A DNA stretch of 64,000 nucleotides, taken from NCBI GenBank assembly GCA_907165135.1, contig OU015569.1, positions 3,472,001 through 3,536,000 of the forward strand. The letters run 5' to 3'. The notes below the pieces were generated by a model. That model saw only the letters and a list, made by a program, of their open reading frames with translations. It did no database searches and was not told the origin of the DNA. The stretch is from Oikopleura dioica (Eukaryota; Animalia; Chordata). A program made the translations under genes and the position numbers. This document shows, piece after piece, positions 24,442 to 39,259 of the stretch (position 1 is the first letter of the stretch; each line of letters begins with the position of its first letter).

Positions 24442-27400
24442 TCACGTCGAGAGATAGAGCGATCGATCGATTTTTTCGATGCTCTTCTGACTGTAACCCT
24501 AGTTCACCCTCGCACGATCAATTCAGTGATTCTGTCAGTCGTTCTCTTCTCTTCTAAAATGAAAGGTAAAAGCAGCAAACGCTTTCTTCTGGTAAAGAAT
24601 TGCTAAAGAGGGTAACATCAGTTTTTCTGTAGTTCGACCAATAAAAAACATTTTTAAAAAATCGAAAATCAACTTTAGAAGCTGCCCGTATATTCGTACC
24701 TACAACAAGCACCCGAAGCGTAATGGAACGCACATTTTAGACTAGTTTTGACAACTCACTGGCGTTTGGCCTCGCCAAGAAATTTGAACTGAGTGAGAGA
24801 CGAGAGTTTATAAGGCTGGTAGCTGACTAGTGATAAAGCGACTGATCCCCCAGGGCACTTATGCGGAAAAGAAAAGCGGAGATAGTTTATCCAGCAGTCA
24901 GGACGAGTCACAAGGTGATGGGGTTTGTCTGAAGGCTGAATACTGGATCAGGAACTAGTTGTAGAAAATTCTTATGATTAAACAAGCTCAAGTGAAAGAG
25001 CACTAAAGGATAGATCACCTAAAACAAGTTTTTTCTCTGTGACCTTATTTAAGAAGATGCATTGTATAAACTAACCTCTCAACGTGATCTTAATGGAACT
25101 GTCATTTACGACTGACGGCGTGCCGAGAGTAAGCCGAGTTGCTTTAAATTGCTGATTGCTTTAAATTTCTACGAATTCGATTCTCTTAAAACTTGCTTTC
25201 GAGGTTATTGTTTGCATTCATTGGTATAGAATGGGCCTTGGCACAAACCCTACGCTCAATTGGGGTATGGGTACCTCGGGGGCAAAGTATAATTCAAGAA
25301 CTCGCTGATTCTTGCTACCAGCGAACCTATTTCGATTCTTCCCTAATAGACACATCTGATAAAAGATGCCACTGTAATCCCTGCTGTTCAACTTGCCTTA
25401 TTTCTCGTGAATGAATCCCTTCGCTAAAAAGGCGGATGTAAACGCTGACAAGGCATCACAAATGGGCTAATAAGACGCAGAATAGAAAACTAATTTTCAA
25501 CTGATTAAAGATAGATCAAATGCTCTCTCACAAAAGAATGATTGCAATCTATTTCCGCAAGAAAATGGTTGTTTACACAAACCCATAATAAAAAAGGTGG
25601 CCCCAGCAATACTAAGAACATTGATTGCCATAAAATTCGACTTACGATTTAGGAGGTACACTCGCAGACTTGGTAGCTCACTAGTTTCTTCTTGTCTCTT
25701 AATTTTTTTTTATCTGAGGCTTGTTCTATCTTCGTATGGCTCTCGTGATCGCTCTCGTATTTTTAGGACAACCTTGGCGAGGTTATTCGCGACTGTCTGA
25801 TTTTCGCCGCGAGTAACTGAGGTGGTTTGTTGGACTCAGGTTAGATTTGATGCTGCGGCCCACGCAAAAGAAAAACGAGTGAGAGAAAGAGGGAGCTCGG
25901 GAGAGGGCCAGCCCCAGCCTCATTGATAGCTCGGCTCAATTCTCTCCTAAAGATACCTCTCCGTCACCACTCTCTAAAATTTAGACTAGCTAAACGCACG
26001 CCCGAATTAACTAAGGAATAATGACGCAGCTCCCAAGTTTTCATCAAAAGTGGCCTTTTATCTTTCAAAGTTATGTTTTCACAAGAAATCACGCTTGCTC
26101 GAATAAACATTATGCTTATAATTTTCGCTAAGATTGAGAAATGATTTCCTATCATTAAAAGGAAACATACCGAGCCTTGGAAGGACGAGATGGGACCGGA
26201 GAAGACGGTTACAGTTGCGCAGTACAAAAAATATATAATATATATATTAATATATAATTATAATTTATAAGTTCGCGGAAGTCAGCTTTGAGAATATAGA
26301 CTTATGAGAATGTATCCTCGTTCAAGCTTTCTTCAATCAATTGAGAAAGTAGAAATGGAAGGAGGTAACCGGCAAAGCTCCTCGCTGGCAGCAAGCCAGT
26401 AGAGCTTGTCTGGTTAATAGGGTTACGTTTTGCCAAAAACGGTTTTGGAAATTTTGCCGACCATTCAATTTATCAATGGTCTATTGTTCTTTAAAAGGAA
26501 TTTACTGAAAATTACTAGCTAATATTTGACACTATGTGACATAGCAAAGTGGACGATTCTTTGTTGCTAATATTCTTATCAGTAAATCGACGAATGTTAT
26601 AAGTAAATTTTCAAAAGAGTAAATGAGTTGCACTAAAAATTGTCCAAGAGCTGATAAAATATTATTTAGAAAAGTTGCACTAGGGAAAATTGCTGTAATG
26701 AACTTCTCTTCAATATATAACGAATTATGACGCCATCGATTAATTATAAAGTCGAGCTATTATCTTTCAACCGGCAACACGAGTTGCTAGAAATCGCGCA
26801 GAAGTGAAGTAACTGCAGTAATTTACTGCCTCAAGGCCGGACGAGGAAAGTTCATTTTTAAGGTGGAATACTGAAGAGCGTCTAGTAGACTGATTTCTTC
26901 AGGAAGAAGTTCTTCAGTAAAAATTGTAAAATATAAATTAAAATCTTATTCATGAAAAAATGATTCGTTAATCCCTTCGAGACATATTTATTTCAAGTCC
27001 GCGTTAAAATTTGTTAAAGAAGTGGAAGCTGATCTTTTTTCTGAACATTCAGGGTTGGCGCAGGAAAGAATGAGGAATATAAGGTAATTCAAGTATCTCT
27101 AAGTCCGTAAGGAGACTCTCCGAGGGAGCAGTCAAAACAATCTTAAGACATTTAAACTATCACGTGCTCAGCGCGCTCAGTCGGGTTATGTTCGCTCTTC
27201 CGTGGATCGGGGATCGTAGCCCGCGTTTTCTCCGTGAGTAGAACCGATCCGGCGTGCTATTCTTGTTGACGGCGAAAGAAATGCCTTGGAGCAGGGTTTT
27301 TGCCGTATAAAAATACTTAGGCGGCGGAACTGCTTTACGAGCAGATTTATGACACCCTTCAAGAAAGTCTGTATATAAAAAGACTGCTGATATAATTTTT

Positions 27401-29122
27401 AATCTTTTCATTATTTTTAAGTCTTCGAAATTCAACTAATTACTTCTTTAAGAAATTACTTCTTTATTTAATAAACGAATATTCATCAATGGAACGGCGA
27501 AAATGAAATCGACTGAAAATGAGTATCTTCAAATTGCCTTTTGAGAACAAGAAATGTAGACAAGTAATTCTCGTAGAAATAGAGGCGAAATTATGGATAG
27601 TGTATGCCGCATAGAAATACTGCGTTTGATAACTCAATAACATAGAAATAATTGTCCCGAAAACATTCTACGAAAGGAACTACCTAGGTATATTTTGAAA
27701 CATATCTATCTGAAGAACAACAATGTTAAACAGCTCGCTGATCAGAAAATTAGACAATGTACAATAAGTGGTATGTAAACGATATGCACGAGTTGAGCAA
27801 GTATTGCAAACATATGAACGTTATTCTGAGCAAGGGTTCACAGCCAGCAATGTAACATCGCCGATGCTAAATTCCATTGATTAGAACGTCGAGTGTAATA
27901 AAAGAACGTCGAGGAATACTTCTTGGCAGCCGCGTTTCTATTCAACATGGCCGCCTTAGATAACATTCCTTGAAGCTGCTTTATTTTTTGAAAGAGTAAT
28001 TTCTAACCAGAGTTCTCTCTGTAGAGTTCAGCAATCAACGCTTGAAATTGCCAGTTCCAATGGACACATGTTTTCTCTCTGAAATGTTGGCCATGGGAAG
28101 AGGTAGTTCCAATTTTTGATTGTCAAAAAAACGCTTGCAAGCGCCTCTGTCGATCGTGCCAGACTTGCCGGGGCACTAGCTTGAAGGACTGAGGGCTCTC
28201 TAAGTAAAGTCAGCCTGCTCCATACTAGTTCCACGCTCGGTACTGGTAAACTGTTTTTTATTCTTTTTTTGGCTATTTAGCCAAGATGTTTAGAGGGAGC
28301 TGCGTTGGATCCGCCGTTTTGCGAGTTTATAAAGCGAGTTTCGGATCGCGATCGCCCAAAAACACGGCAGCTAAGAATGTCCAACCGCCGTTGTATTTTT
28401 GAAGCCGTCAACGAGCCCCTTCTCTCCATTTCTGACCCTACCTGATCTCTCTATCCGCTAATCATTTTGTCTCTCTCGAGCAGGGACGGCACTAGAAGAT
28501 AACTTTTTGGATGCACTTCTGCCGCGCTCGACCAATGGAATTCGTCTTCAAGACACGAGGTGCGCCTCATCTGAAGTGGCGCCCCTTTTCTCTCTCTTCC
28601 CTGTGATTCTTATCACTGGAAATTGAAGATGGAGATGATTTGTCGTTTGCAAACGATCGAGTTATTGTCGGGTGAAAGCAAAGGACAACAAAACGAGAAA
28701 CAAGGTGGCGAATTCTCGATAATTTCGTTCGGGCGGAGAGTTTCTGCTCTCCTAGATCTCTTCGTTTTCTCTGAGTAGGTCTCTTGGCTGTAAGTTATGA
28801 AACTTTGCCAGTTAAAAAAAGTGATAGCTATGCCATGTGCCAAGCTTCAGCCAATCGCAGAGAGTAAGAACTGTTCTGACTCAGCGATGTCTTCTTGAGC
28901 CAATCGGCGGCGCTAAGGAAGCTGTTATTCTTGTCTAACAGACATGTCAAGTCCAACAAGCATCTCTTGCTCTGCTGGGAATAAGAGAGATGATGCATAC
29001 TCGTGTGGAATTGGCTTCTGTATTCAAATTGATGACAACGAGGACACAAGAAGATTCACGATTTTCAACGCGAAAGTTTTGGATGTGCGGTTTTACGCAA
29101 ACAACAAGGTAGGCTGTTCACT

Positions 29123-30993
29123 TTATTCTGGGTGGAGAATATTTTTGAGAATATTCACAAAGTCGAAAACGTCAGTAAACTTATTGTACATCGGGACAGG
29201 TGCAAGGCGAATGCTTCCTGGCTCGCGGAAATCGCAGACCACACCGTGTTCTCTTAGATCCCGAAACACTGCCTTCGGCTCTGGCTTCCCGCTTGTCAGA
29301 GTGAAGCTTTTCTGGTGTCAATCAAATTCTTAATTGCCAAAGAAACTACTAATCCATTTCGGTTTATCTATCATTCTAGTTAGACACTTTCCTTACTTGA
29401 CATCCTCTACTATCGACATCAGTATGTGGAGTAATGAAGGTGATTCGTGATCCAACAACTGCTCTCAAGAGTGATATAAGGTAACCTGAAAGGAGTTTTC
29501 CCACCGCTTCGAATTGACTCATTGAATGTCTGTTGAAAACTAAAATTAAAAAATTATATCAATTGCTATTCGCGCAAGAACTACGTTCTAATGGTGCGAC
29601 TAGCGTCGCCATTTGAATAGGAGGTGGGTTACCAAGTCGAAACTCGCTTATTCCACCAGAACCGTCCCAATTGTTATCCATCTTGAAATAAAGCCTGTTA
29701 AAAATTAAAACTAAAAAGCAATTGCCTTGAAGCGGGAATCAAGCTTGTGTCCCCACCAGCCTCTTGATTTTATCAGCGCTAAATAAAGCTTCATATAAAG
29801 AGTTCAAAATGAATTCTTACTTTTTGCATCAATTGAGGAATGGAGAAACGCTCCACCAACAGTTCCGGGACTCCCATTCAAATACTTATATCCGCACCAA
29901 ACGGCAAAATCAGCTTTCCAGTCATGCAACTTTAATTCTATATTTCCAATACCGTGTGCACAATCTCGTGTCAAGTTCAGCAAAAAATATCTTCTCGATA
30001 AATGACTTTTTCATCTTTATTTTTTGCTAAGAACTTTTCCTAGTCCACAATAGGCTCCAACATTATGGGCTGCAGAGATGATTTCTTCAATATTGAAAAC
30101 TTGACCGGTAAAATATTGAACAGGTGGCCAAAGGACTAAAGCTAATTCATCACCAGTCTCTTCGATGGCGTGCAGAATATCTTCATGATCCAGAGTGTGC
30201 CTCCCTTCTTTTGGACTGATTTCCATAAGGCATTCATCTTGAAAATAGAGGATTTCAGGATCTATAATTTTTGAGTACCTGGGTCAAGCCCTGCTAGTTC
30301 AATTCTAGAGGCCACTAGATAGTAATCCGAAGGAAAAGCATGCTTCTCAATTATAATCTTTCGCCGTCGTCCACTTGGCTTATAGAATGCAAGCAGAAGA
30401 AGCTGAAGATTAACACTGATCGTTGTTCAAGCTTGAAATCAAGGAAAAAAATCTCAATTTTTATTGAACCGATCCTGAGGCTATTCATTAAAGCAACTTC
30501 GCCAGCTTTGGCGCCTACAATCGGCAATATAAGATTTTGTATTTCCTCATCACAAAGAGCGGCAGGAAGATATCCTTGAAAATGGCAATTCATCCCCTTT
30601 ACTTTCCAGTTTTCTAAAACTGATGTTATGTGGCTCGCAGTCGCTTTTGGTTGACATCCTAGAGAATTCCCGTTAAAGTCTTAGACGGCGATACTCTTTG
30701 GGTTTTGCTTTCATATTCTTATGGAAGTATAGCCGTTCATATTGCTTCCTTGTTTTCATCATCAAATTGTTTGACGAGGTCTTTGATTTTGGGGATAAAA
30801 TAGTGTCCCCGCAAGTATCCCAGGGGATTCGTTTCATCCAATTTCGCCGCGAATCCGCGCGTCCGATTCTCTAAAAATGCCTCTCACTTCTAATGAAACA
30901 TATGCTCGACTTACCAGATGTCACGCAACCTTCGTGAACTGCATCATCAATCAAAATTTCGAGATCGCGAATTTCCGCCGTCACTTCTCTCAT
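29123..30993 (-). CDS. KYNU: Kynureninase; multi-exon (start approximate)
   Basis: [48 protein letters not shown] and [23 protein letters not shown] match KYNU. Confidence 0.92.
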
Positions 30994-33900
30994 TGTTGTT
31001 CCCGGCACTTTGATGAGGAAAGTATTTTTCCAATCAGAAGTTTCTGCTAGAATTTACGGCTGTTTTGCGATGAGAAATAATAAACACTCCCATTTGTTAT
31101 GTCTCATAAAAAATCTAACTTGGTTGAGATTGTTGATGTAGATTGCCTTGTTTCTTGCCAGAGTTGTTCTTTTCATAGAGATTGTACAGTTGAGCGTTAG
31201 ATTTTCTTAATGATCGAAAATGTCCAGGCTCTAGACTTATTTCGCATGAGCGCGTGCATTCGATTATGCAGATGCTTCTGGCCGCGAGGAGATCACAGAA
31301 TAGGCCAGTCGGGTTTCATTGATACCCTGCAGTGATGTCAAAGCCGCTCGCCGCGGGGTATCGCAGGCACCCGCACTCCGCCCGTCTCCGTTTTTGTAAT
31401 CGCTCTGGGGCAAATCTCACTGACCCTCAGGCGAGTAAACGAGGTCATATTGATGCGCGCTCTCCAATTTGCTCCATATCTTGTGTCCCGTCGATATTAA
31501 GAAAAGAAGGATGAAAGAATCGCAGTTAGCGGCCACTCGGCTTGACCCCCTTTCTCCCCAAAATAGGTTAGCTGAGTGTGCTTGACACGATTACGAGTCA
31601 CACGGGAAATCCGACGAGAAAAGTAAACAAGCCTGCTCTTTGAAATAATTCGAGTATCATCGCCTAAGCAATCCTTCCAAAGCAGTCTCTTCTAGTGAAA
31701 TCATGTTTTCTTGCCTTTTGAAAGTGACATTTTGGATTCTTGCGCAGTGAATTTCTTGCGTCGAATAATTCAGAATAAATTCTTTCCGCCAAAAGTTGTT
31801 TAATGTTAGCGCAACGTCCGCTTCGGCGCTATAAATAAGAAAAGCCTGTTTATTTGGCTTTAGCTCCACCAGTGCACCACCTCCGGAATCCTTTCTTTAA
31901 TTCTAGAGCCGTTTATATAGTCGTTTAAAGATATTGGACACGAATAACTTTTAAGAGAGAAGATTCTTCTTGTTAAAGGTAACTTGGATTGAATTTCAAT
32001 ATAGGATGATCACGGGGAGCATAATCTCTATCATCTATTCGAGCGTTAAATACCCAGAATCTAACATCGCACGAGTTTTCTAGCAGTTGCTTGTTGAAGT
32101 TGAAATTTATGAGAAAAAACGCTTGATCGATTCTATCGAGGCGCATAACAAAGAGTGACTAAAAAGAAATAGAGAACTGATAAGATGGGAAAGAAAATCA
32201 GTGGGGCCTAAAGCGAAGGAGCAATTTCGATAAAACGGAAAATTTGGAACAATAGAGTCTTCAAGCGCTAATGAGAGATAAAATGTCGTGACACAGGAGC
32301 TCCGTCCCGACGTTTTTAGAGATACCAATCCCCGAGTCCTGGAAAGTTATTTATTAAATAGCGCACGAATTCCAGATCTGCGATGCGATTGAAATGTTTA
32401 ACTTTGGTTTTGAAGGAAAAATGGTTGTGGGGAAGTAGCCAAGGCCCCGTCTAAGAATACTTATTTAAAAAGTGACAGAAAGTTCGATAATTTAGCGGTC
32501 ATCGGCATCGACATAACATAAATAAATAAGGCGCTTGAATTTATTCAACATAGTGCGCTCGAAAAGAGGGATGGCGATAGAAAGGAAAAGTGACAGAAGG
32601 CCCATGATGAGAGGCCGGGCATGTGATCGATTTCTGGTTTTGACTTAAAAAGAATATAGAGCTGGAGCTGGGCGCTAAATAACGCGCCAACTCCTTAATT
32701 CCGAGCCTCCATTTTCTCCCTCACCGTGTCTGGTAAAGGGAGTGAGAGTTATAGAGTGTGGTGATCGATCCGGGGCGCCAGCGGGATCACGGCTAATTCG
32801 TCTCTTAGAAGAATGATACTCAACCAGTGGTAGAATTCGAACACAAGAATCCACTTCGAGATCTTACCCCTCAAGAACACTCAGAGAACCTCTTCATCAC
32901 CTGCTGATCAACCATTTTAAAGAAACTCCGGAAAATCGACCTTCGATATCAAGCTAGAATTTTAACTCTAGAATGATTACAATTTTCAGGATAATCTCCA
33001 CTTTGTAATAGAAAAGTTATTTCCAAAACTCAATAAAAGCTCGTATCGAAATCTCAAGAATCTAAGGGCATTGATCCGTATAGAATATTTATGATATGTT
33101 TCGAACTTCGATGAAATCACAGAATAAGCGCTTCAGAGACATTTCGCTTTGCTTTTCTAGACTCACTTTTTGCGAATTTCAATTTCAAGATATTGACCAT
33201 ATTGTACTCGTATATATGATTTTGTTTTGTGCTTGTGGAAGAGACTTTCTGTACGTAGAGAGAGGGCTAGAAAGAGATATCTATTTTCCAGTAATTCTTG
33301 GCGAATGAAAAGACTTAAACTCAGCATCGATCTGCGCTGATTTGCGAGACAATAAAAAAGAAAGGCCCAATTTGTCGGAGAAATTTTATGGTTCCCGGGG
33401 AATCGATTTCCCCCTTTCAATTTTCGAAACGAATTGGACACTCGCCTCTGGCGTCAAACATTTGCGCTCATTTTGGGAACGAGGGTTGCACGCAGCACGA
33501 AATTTCTTCCCACCATGAGGCCTGACTATTCTTTGTTGGGCTGAAATCAAGGAAGAAACTTTCGTAAAATTAACGCTGATTAACTAATTTTGTTGAACGT
33601 TATCGTTGACGATCTGGGCGCAGCCGGTTATCGCTGAGTCTTTCTTTCTGAGGAAATTCTACACTTTCCCATGGACTTGAATCATTCAAGTTGAATCTCG
33701 TTATTGTCTGATTTCGAGAGTCGGCGACATCTCGGCACGCACGGCCGACGATTCTAGTGATAAGAGCAGTGATTCAACCGAAACGGTGAAAGCAGTCTCA
33801 GTGAGAGTGCGATAGTTCTTTCAACTAGCGGACCCAGGCTATAGATCATAAAGCTTCGCCCGGATCAATTTAAAACGTGATAAATTCTCATCAATGACCT

Positions 33901-36319
33901 TGTAAAACTCGCATTTTCGGGATGGCATTGATATACCGAATATTTTCAAGCACGCTGGAATCAAGTCAGATGCATTTGATGATTCAGCTCAATCTTTTTT
34001 CCCCTTTTGCTGAATGCACCATCTTCGCGTGATGTTTGATTCTTGTAGAGTGGTAATTAGAATTGGTGGGGCCTAGGTGAATGCAGTAAGCAAATTATTT
34101 TCAAGAGACAGAGACCACTCGCCTGAGGCAGTTTCTGTCGGAGATTTTCCCCTGGGGATACAATCCTTCTTCACCGCGACAATTTTTCTTGCAATGCGTC
34201 GCATCGATCGACGAATATGCGATCGAGCACCGTCTCAAAGCCACAATTGATTCAAGAGAAATGCGCCTCGGATGAATTCAAGTTACTAAACTTATCTACT
34301 CTCCCTTTTTTCTAGTGATTTCCAAGAAATGACAGAAAGTATTTGCGCTAGGATTTTATTAAGAGTTTATTCTTACTAAGTAAATGACTGCGTACTAAGT
34401 AGATGATGACATTTACTATTGAGAAAAGTGCTATGATTCAGGGATCTGTATTCGAATGCAAATTTCTAGGCTCACAGTGGGAGACTTAAGGCTGGCTCGA
34501 AAATGCGTGCCCTTGAAATCTTGAATTTGTCGGGTAGATGCGATCACCTGCGGCGCGTTTGCTTTGGAAATTTGCATCTCCCGCCGAAGCTATCAGCTGG
34601 ATATTCAAAAAAAAGGGCTGGCCTAGAAATCGCCTGGGTTGACGGACACCCGCCGAGAGGGATTGCTCCCACCGGCTCTGTCGCGCCACCATTGTAATGG
34701 CGCTAATTTCAAAAGCTCACTATCTCTCAGCCAACTGACAGTATAAAACGGCTACGGTGCTAGAATTTCCAAAGCCCAGCACAACTGATTAAATTATTCA
34801 TAGAGTTTTTTTTTTAATATTATTTTCTTGAGAGATTGCCACAACTGGAACAAAAAAGTTGATCAGATTAAATTTTGAGATCTACTCAAAAACCAAACAG
34901 GTTAGTCGGGCAGACAGATTCAAAATTTAGGCTCAATAGAGCCATTCTAGGCTAGGATTTTGGACTTTGAGGCGCAGATTGATAGAGAAAATCGTACGAG
35001 AAGGACGCTTTTATGTTTTTATTTTCCAACGAAAGTGGAATCGATTCCAGGAGGCTGATTCCAAACTATGTCTTGAATCACATAAATTCGGATTTCAGCT
35101 ATGATCATTCGGTAAGCTTATCGGTTCAGGGGGAGATGAAATGGAGGGAAAAATTGATTCTGATCAAGAAGAATCCTTTTTCGAAATATTGTAGAAAATT
35201 GCAAGAGCGCATTGGAGGCGGCTTTCTTGAGCTGATCTCAGGTTCTAGAGTGAGCTGATCCCCAAATCCTCCTTCCATCTCAAATTTTCTGTCACGAGCC
35301 TCCGCTCGAACTCTTATGTTCTACAAATTTGACTAAAACTAAAAATTGACTTTCTAAAAGTTTTTTTCTTGCCTCAGAAGGAATACAATTGTAATCGTTA
35401 TTACGGAAAGCGCCCAAAAGACTGTGTCCCATAAAATTTGCCGTTTACTCATCCGCGCTAGAATCAAACAAAAAAAAACGAGCTAGTCGTAAAGAGCTAC
35501 ATAGGAGAGAGAAATAACTGCGCGAAGCTTGTCAATAATATAAGGTTAGTTCCAGAGCCAGGATTTGACGAGTTTGAGATGGAAGAGTTACTTCCATTCA
35601 ACAAAAATTTTGTTTGTTGAGGAAGCATTCGTTGGAGAAATGAGGGTCAGTCGTTTTCTTAGAATGTTTTTGGCGGGTGAAAGAGTGCTCGGTTTGCTTG
35701 AGTGAGTGCTAGAGCACTAGTAGGTAACTTCCTTTCGTTGTCCAAACAATACAATACTCTAGCAGTATCATCCATTTTCGCTTTTGGGGGTGAAGTTGCC
35801 CGGGCCTCAAACGTGTTTCCAAGAGAATCGTTTAGCTTTTCACGCAACTTCTCCAACTGTTCTAGCCCCAAGACATTATGTAATCACACGTGGCTTGGGC
35901 ACACCACCGCGCTCGTTCTAGAGCTTTGTTTGAACAAAAAGAGAGAAGGGCACACAACACACTAGGGCTCTAGCCACTGGTAACTGGTTTCGAATATTAT
36001 TTAGAGAAAACATCTTCAAACTTTTTCTAATTCTGAGGAGTCGAATCTACCGGTTCTATCATTAGGTTTACTTGCTTACGCTAGCCAAAATGGCTCAGTT
36101 AACCACAGTGTGGTTGGTGAATTGTTTGGACCAAGGTGAGATATTTCCGTCAATCTTTGTCCAAACAAAGCACTAGAATTCGCTTGTATTTCCAAATAAA
36201 TTAACGGGCCTTCTTCCTTTTTCAGAGAATCAAACAATTTATCTAGGTCGGATTTTCAACTATTTTTCCTCAATTATTTCACCGATATTTGCAATAGCTT
36301 ATAAAAAATATTTCAGAAA

Positions 36320-37571
36320 ATGAACACAATGTCGCTCGTCCCGCAAATCTCACAGCATGAAACTGGCCACGCAAACAGTCACAGCAGCCTCAACGGAAAT
36401 GCATTCGTCTCCATGAGTCCCCACAGCCACGTCCGCACGCTCGAATTGAAGAAAAATCAAGGTCCCCTCCCGTGTCCCGAGTGCGGAAAGCTCTTCGCGA
36501 AGGAATTCGATATCAAACGTCACATGTACACTCACACCGGAGAGAAACCTTTCAAGGTAAATTTGATTCGACTTCAAATCTTATAGTTTTTTCGAATAAG
36601 CCCAAATTTTAATTTTGTTTAATTGAAGCTCGCATCATATCTTGTGCGCGCTAAAATTCTAGCCCGGAAGTGTTCAATCATTCATAATGGCCCTCAATTA
36701 TCGCGCAATGTTCCTAGAGCTCTTGAATTTTTAAAATTGCCGAATTTCTCATAATTTTCTTCAGTGCGACGTTTGCGGCCGTGGCTTCTCCCAAAAATCG
36801 ACTCTCAAGGTGCACTACAACATCCACACTGGAGATATGCCATATAACTGTCACCTCTGCGGCAAGAAGTTCCGCCAAAAGCAAGGATTGAACGCACACA
36901 TCAAGGCTAAGCGCTGTCAAAGTGGACCCGGTCAGCGAGGGGATCCCATCGGCGCTCGTATCAACCAAAGCAGTAATACCAACATCGGTGTTAGCCTCGT
37001 TGTTCCTCCCGCTGGTCTAACTTCTCCCCTTGGTCTTCAGAATCCTCCACTGGGACAATGCAGCCCTTCCGTTCCGCCCACATACGAGCTCGCGCTAGAA
37101 GCCATCAGGAAGATCACCCAAGGACAGTTCTCGCAATTCAAACTCAATCAGACTGGCGACTCCGAAACAATGAGCAATTTCCTGAAGCTACTGACTCCCC
37201 GAGATCACCTTGGCCGAGCAAACAGTCCGACATGCGAAATCGAAGAAATCTCGACTGCTACAATCGAAGAGTGCCAGTCGCCGCGCGCCTCAAGCTCCGA
37301 CAGTGACGAGTTCAACTCTTTGTCCACGGTGATCGACAGTGCCAGTGATGATACCCTTTCGACGAAAAGCGAAATCACTTCGAATGAGATTAGCGAGATC
37401 ATCACCAACCTGCCGGCTCCAGAACAAAGCGACAACATCGGACCTATCCGAAGGCGCAACCGACGAAAGCAAGGTAAGATCGGTCTTAGACCCTTTTTCT
37501 TAATAATAAAAAGTGACCGTTTTTTAAAAAAATTCTTAGCATGTCCTTCTCGAGTTACTGACACCGCCTGA
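36320..37571 (+). CDS. C2H2 zinc-finger transcription factor (3 fingers, Ser-rich tail)
   Basis: [28 protein letters not shown]|[45 protein letters not shown]; GT-AG intron at about 36557-36764. Confidence 0.9.
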
Positions 37572-38225
37572 CCGTCTTCCAGAAACAACCGACTATCCTC
37601 TTGGACCCTTTGATTTCTTGCCATATATTTATCATACGTCAGCAGCAGTATTATCTTTCGCAGAAAAACTTATTCTCGCTCTGAACCACCCTCTGCACAT
37701 TTTTTCGCGCCGAACCTTGAGTATCAGTTTCCCCTGCACATAACGCACCTACCCAGTATTGCCCTATTCACACCTTCTTCCTCACGCCACTTTTCTTCCA
37801 GGCTTCATCATCAGCTCATCAGTATTATATCGTAAAATAGCTTCCAATAGCTAGGAATTTTTTTCTTCCTTGACTTTTATCACTGTTGTTTTGTAACATC
37901 GAACTAGCAAAATTATTTTATTATCACGTTCGCCCTGGTTTGGCTATACTCACTAAATTGCTACTATTTAAAATGAACCCTGTCTTCCATTGAGAAATGA
38001 GCTTCCATGACATGCTTCCATTGGATATAAATTCATTACGAAATAAAACAACAAAAAAAAAGAAATGAGAATTCTCTTCATTGATATCAACAAAGTACGC
38101 ATCTTCGCAGCAGTGCATTCTTATTGCCACTAAGGATTGCCATCATACTTGCAATTATAGATATTAAATAAAATCTGCAAAAAAAGGAAAATCAAGAATA
38201 TTCAAGAGGTGTTTATTTTTAAACA

Positions 38226-39121
38226 TTAGCCGTGCAGTTGTCCAGAAATTCTATTTAACCATTCAACACGCTTTAAATATCTTCGTCTCCATTGATTCTC
38301 CACTCTTCCATACTGGTGCCTTCGCTGATGATTCGTTATATTATAAAGCGTTCTAAAATATTAGTGAGAAGGAGCTTCATCTTTAAAAAAAAAGTCGAGC
38401 TCTGTTACAGAAATTTTCTTTACCTCAACTCGGCAACATGTCTTCTTGGATCGTAACCATCTTGTCTGCGATCTTTGGGGTGTATTCCCAAATCAACGGC
38501 CCTAGTTTCTTATAAACAGGGAAAACTTCAAAAAAGTAACCTGTATGAAGGATGTCCTTTGCAAAGTTGGTGAGGCGTGATGGACGGATCACTTCCCAAG
38601 ATATCAATGAAGTCATAAATTCCTTCGTATGCCTTTTTGTTTGAAAATGGATCTTTTCTGACTTTCCATGGAATTCCTTTTTCGAAGGGATAATTTTGCA
38701 CGCTCGAAGCTCTGTAGTAAGACTTGAGTCTCAAGTTAATATCACCTCTTTCCTGGTGTTAGCTTTATTTCTTGCTGAATGAACTTTCCGTTGGGTTGTT
38801 TGAGATTGATAGTCTCTTTTTTGAAGTGCTTATCCGAAACAAAACGATTGTTGAACTGGTTTCGATCAGGAGCTCTTGCTTCCGAGTAAGTACTACCTTT
38901 CTGTAATACCCACTGTTCAGAATCAATGTCGTGCTGATAAAAGGCTATTGTGTGTTCTTTGACTTTTTTCTTCAACGTAATTATCAAGCCTTTTCCTTTG
39001 CAATACTATCAGGTACAGGGACATTCCTCGCACGCCGCTGATGGTGAGGATATGTTTTTACTCCAGCAACCCGAGAACTCGTCCCAAAGAACCTCCGACC
39101 GATTCCCGTTATCCGATTCAT
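38226..39121 (-). CDS. MRPL51: Probable mitochondrial ribosomal protein L51-like; multi-exon
   Basis: Mitochondrial-presequence-like MNRITGIGRRFFGTSSRV; NKKAYEGIYDFIDILG...PHQLCKG resembles recalled MRPL51 NEKRALFGVYDNIGILG...HPKELIRG. Internal splicing is not fully resolved. Confidence 0.6.
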
Positions 39122-39259
39122 TCTTACAACATTTCGCTATTTTAACTAGACTAATACACTTTCAATTTGAAAGGTTCAAAGTCATCAAAGGAATCGGCAA
39201 TTGTTTTTGAAATGGCAGGATTTTATATTTCTGCAGTGAAGTAGGAAGTGACTAAAGTA

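Noticed and set aside
28376-28444. 22-codon ORF (MSNRRCIFEAV...) after a TATA-like motif
   Set aside because: Too short, with no homology or other support.
33096-35965. Scattered 60-90 aa ORFs
   Set aside because: Mostly non-ATG starts, no motifs and no consistent exon chain; consistent with chance.
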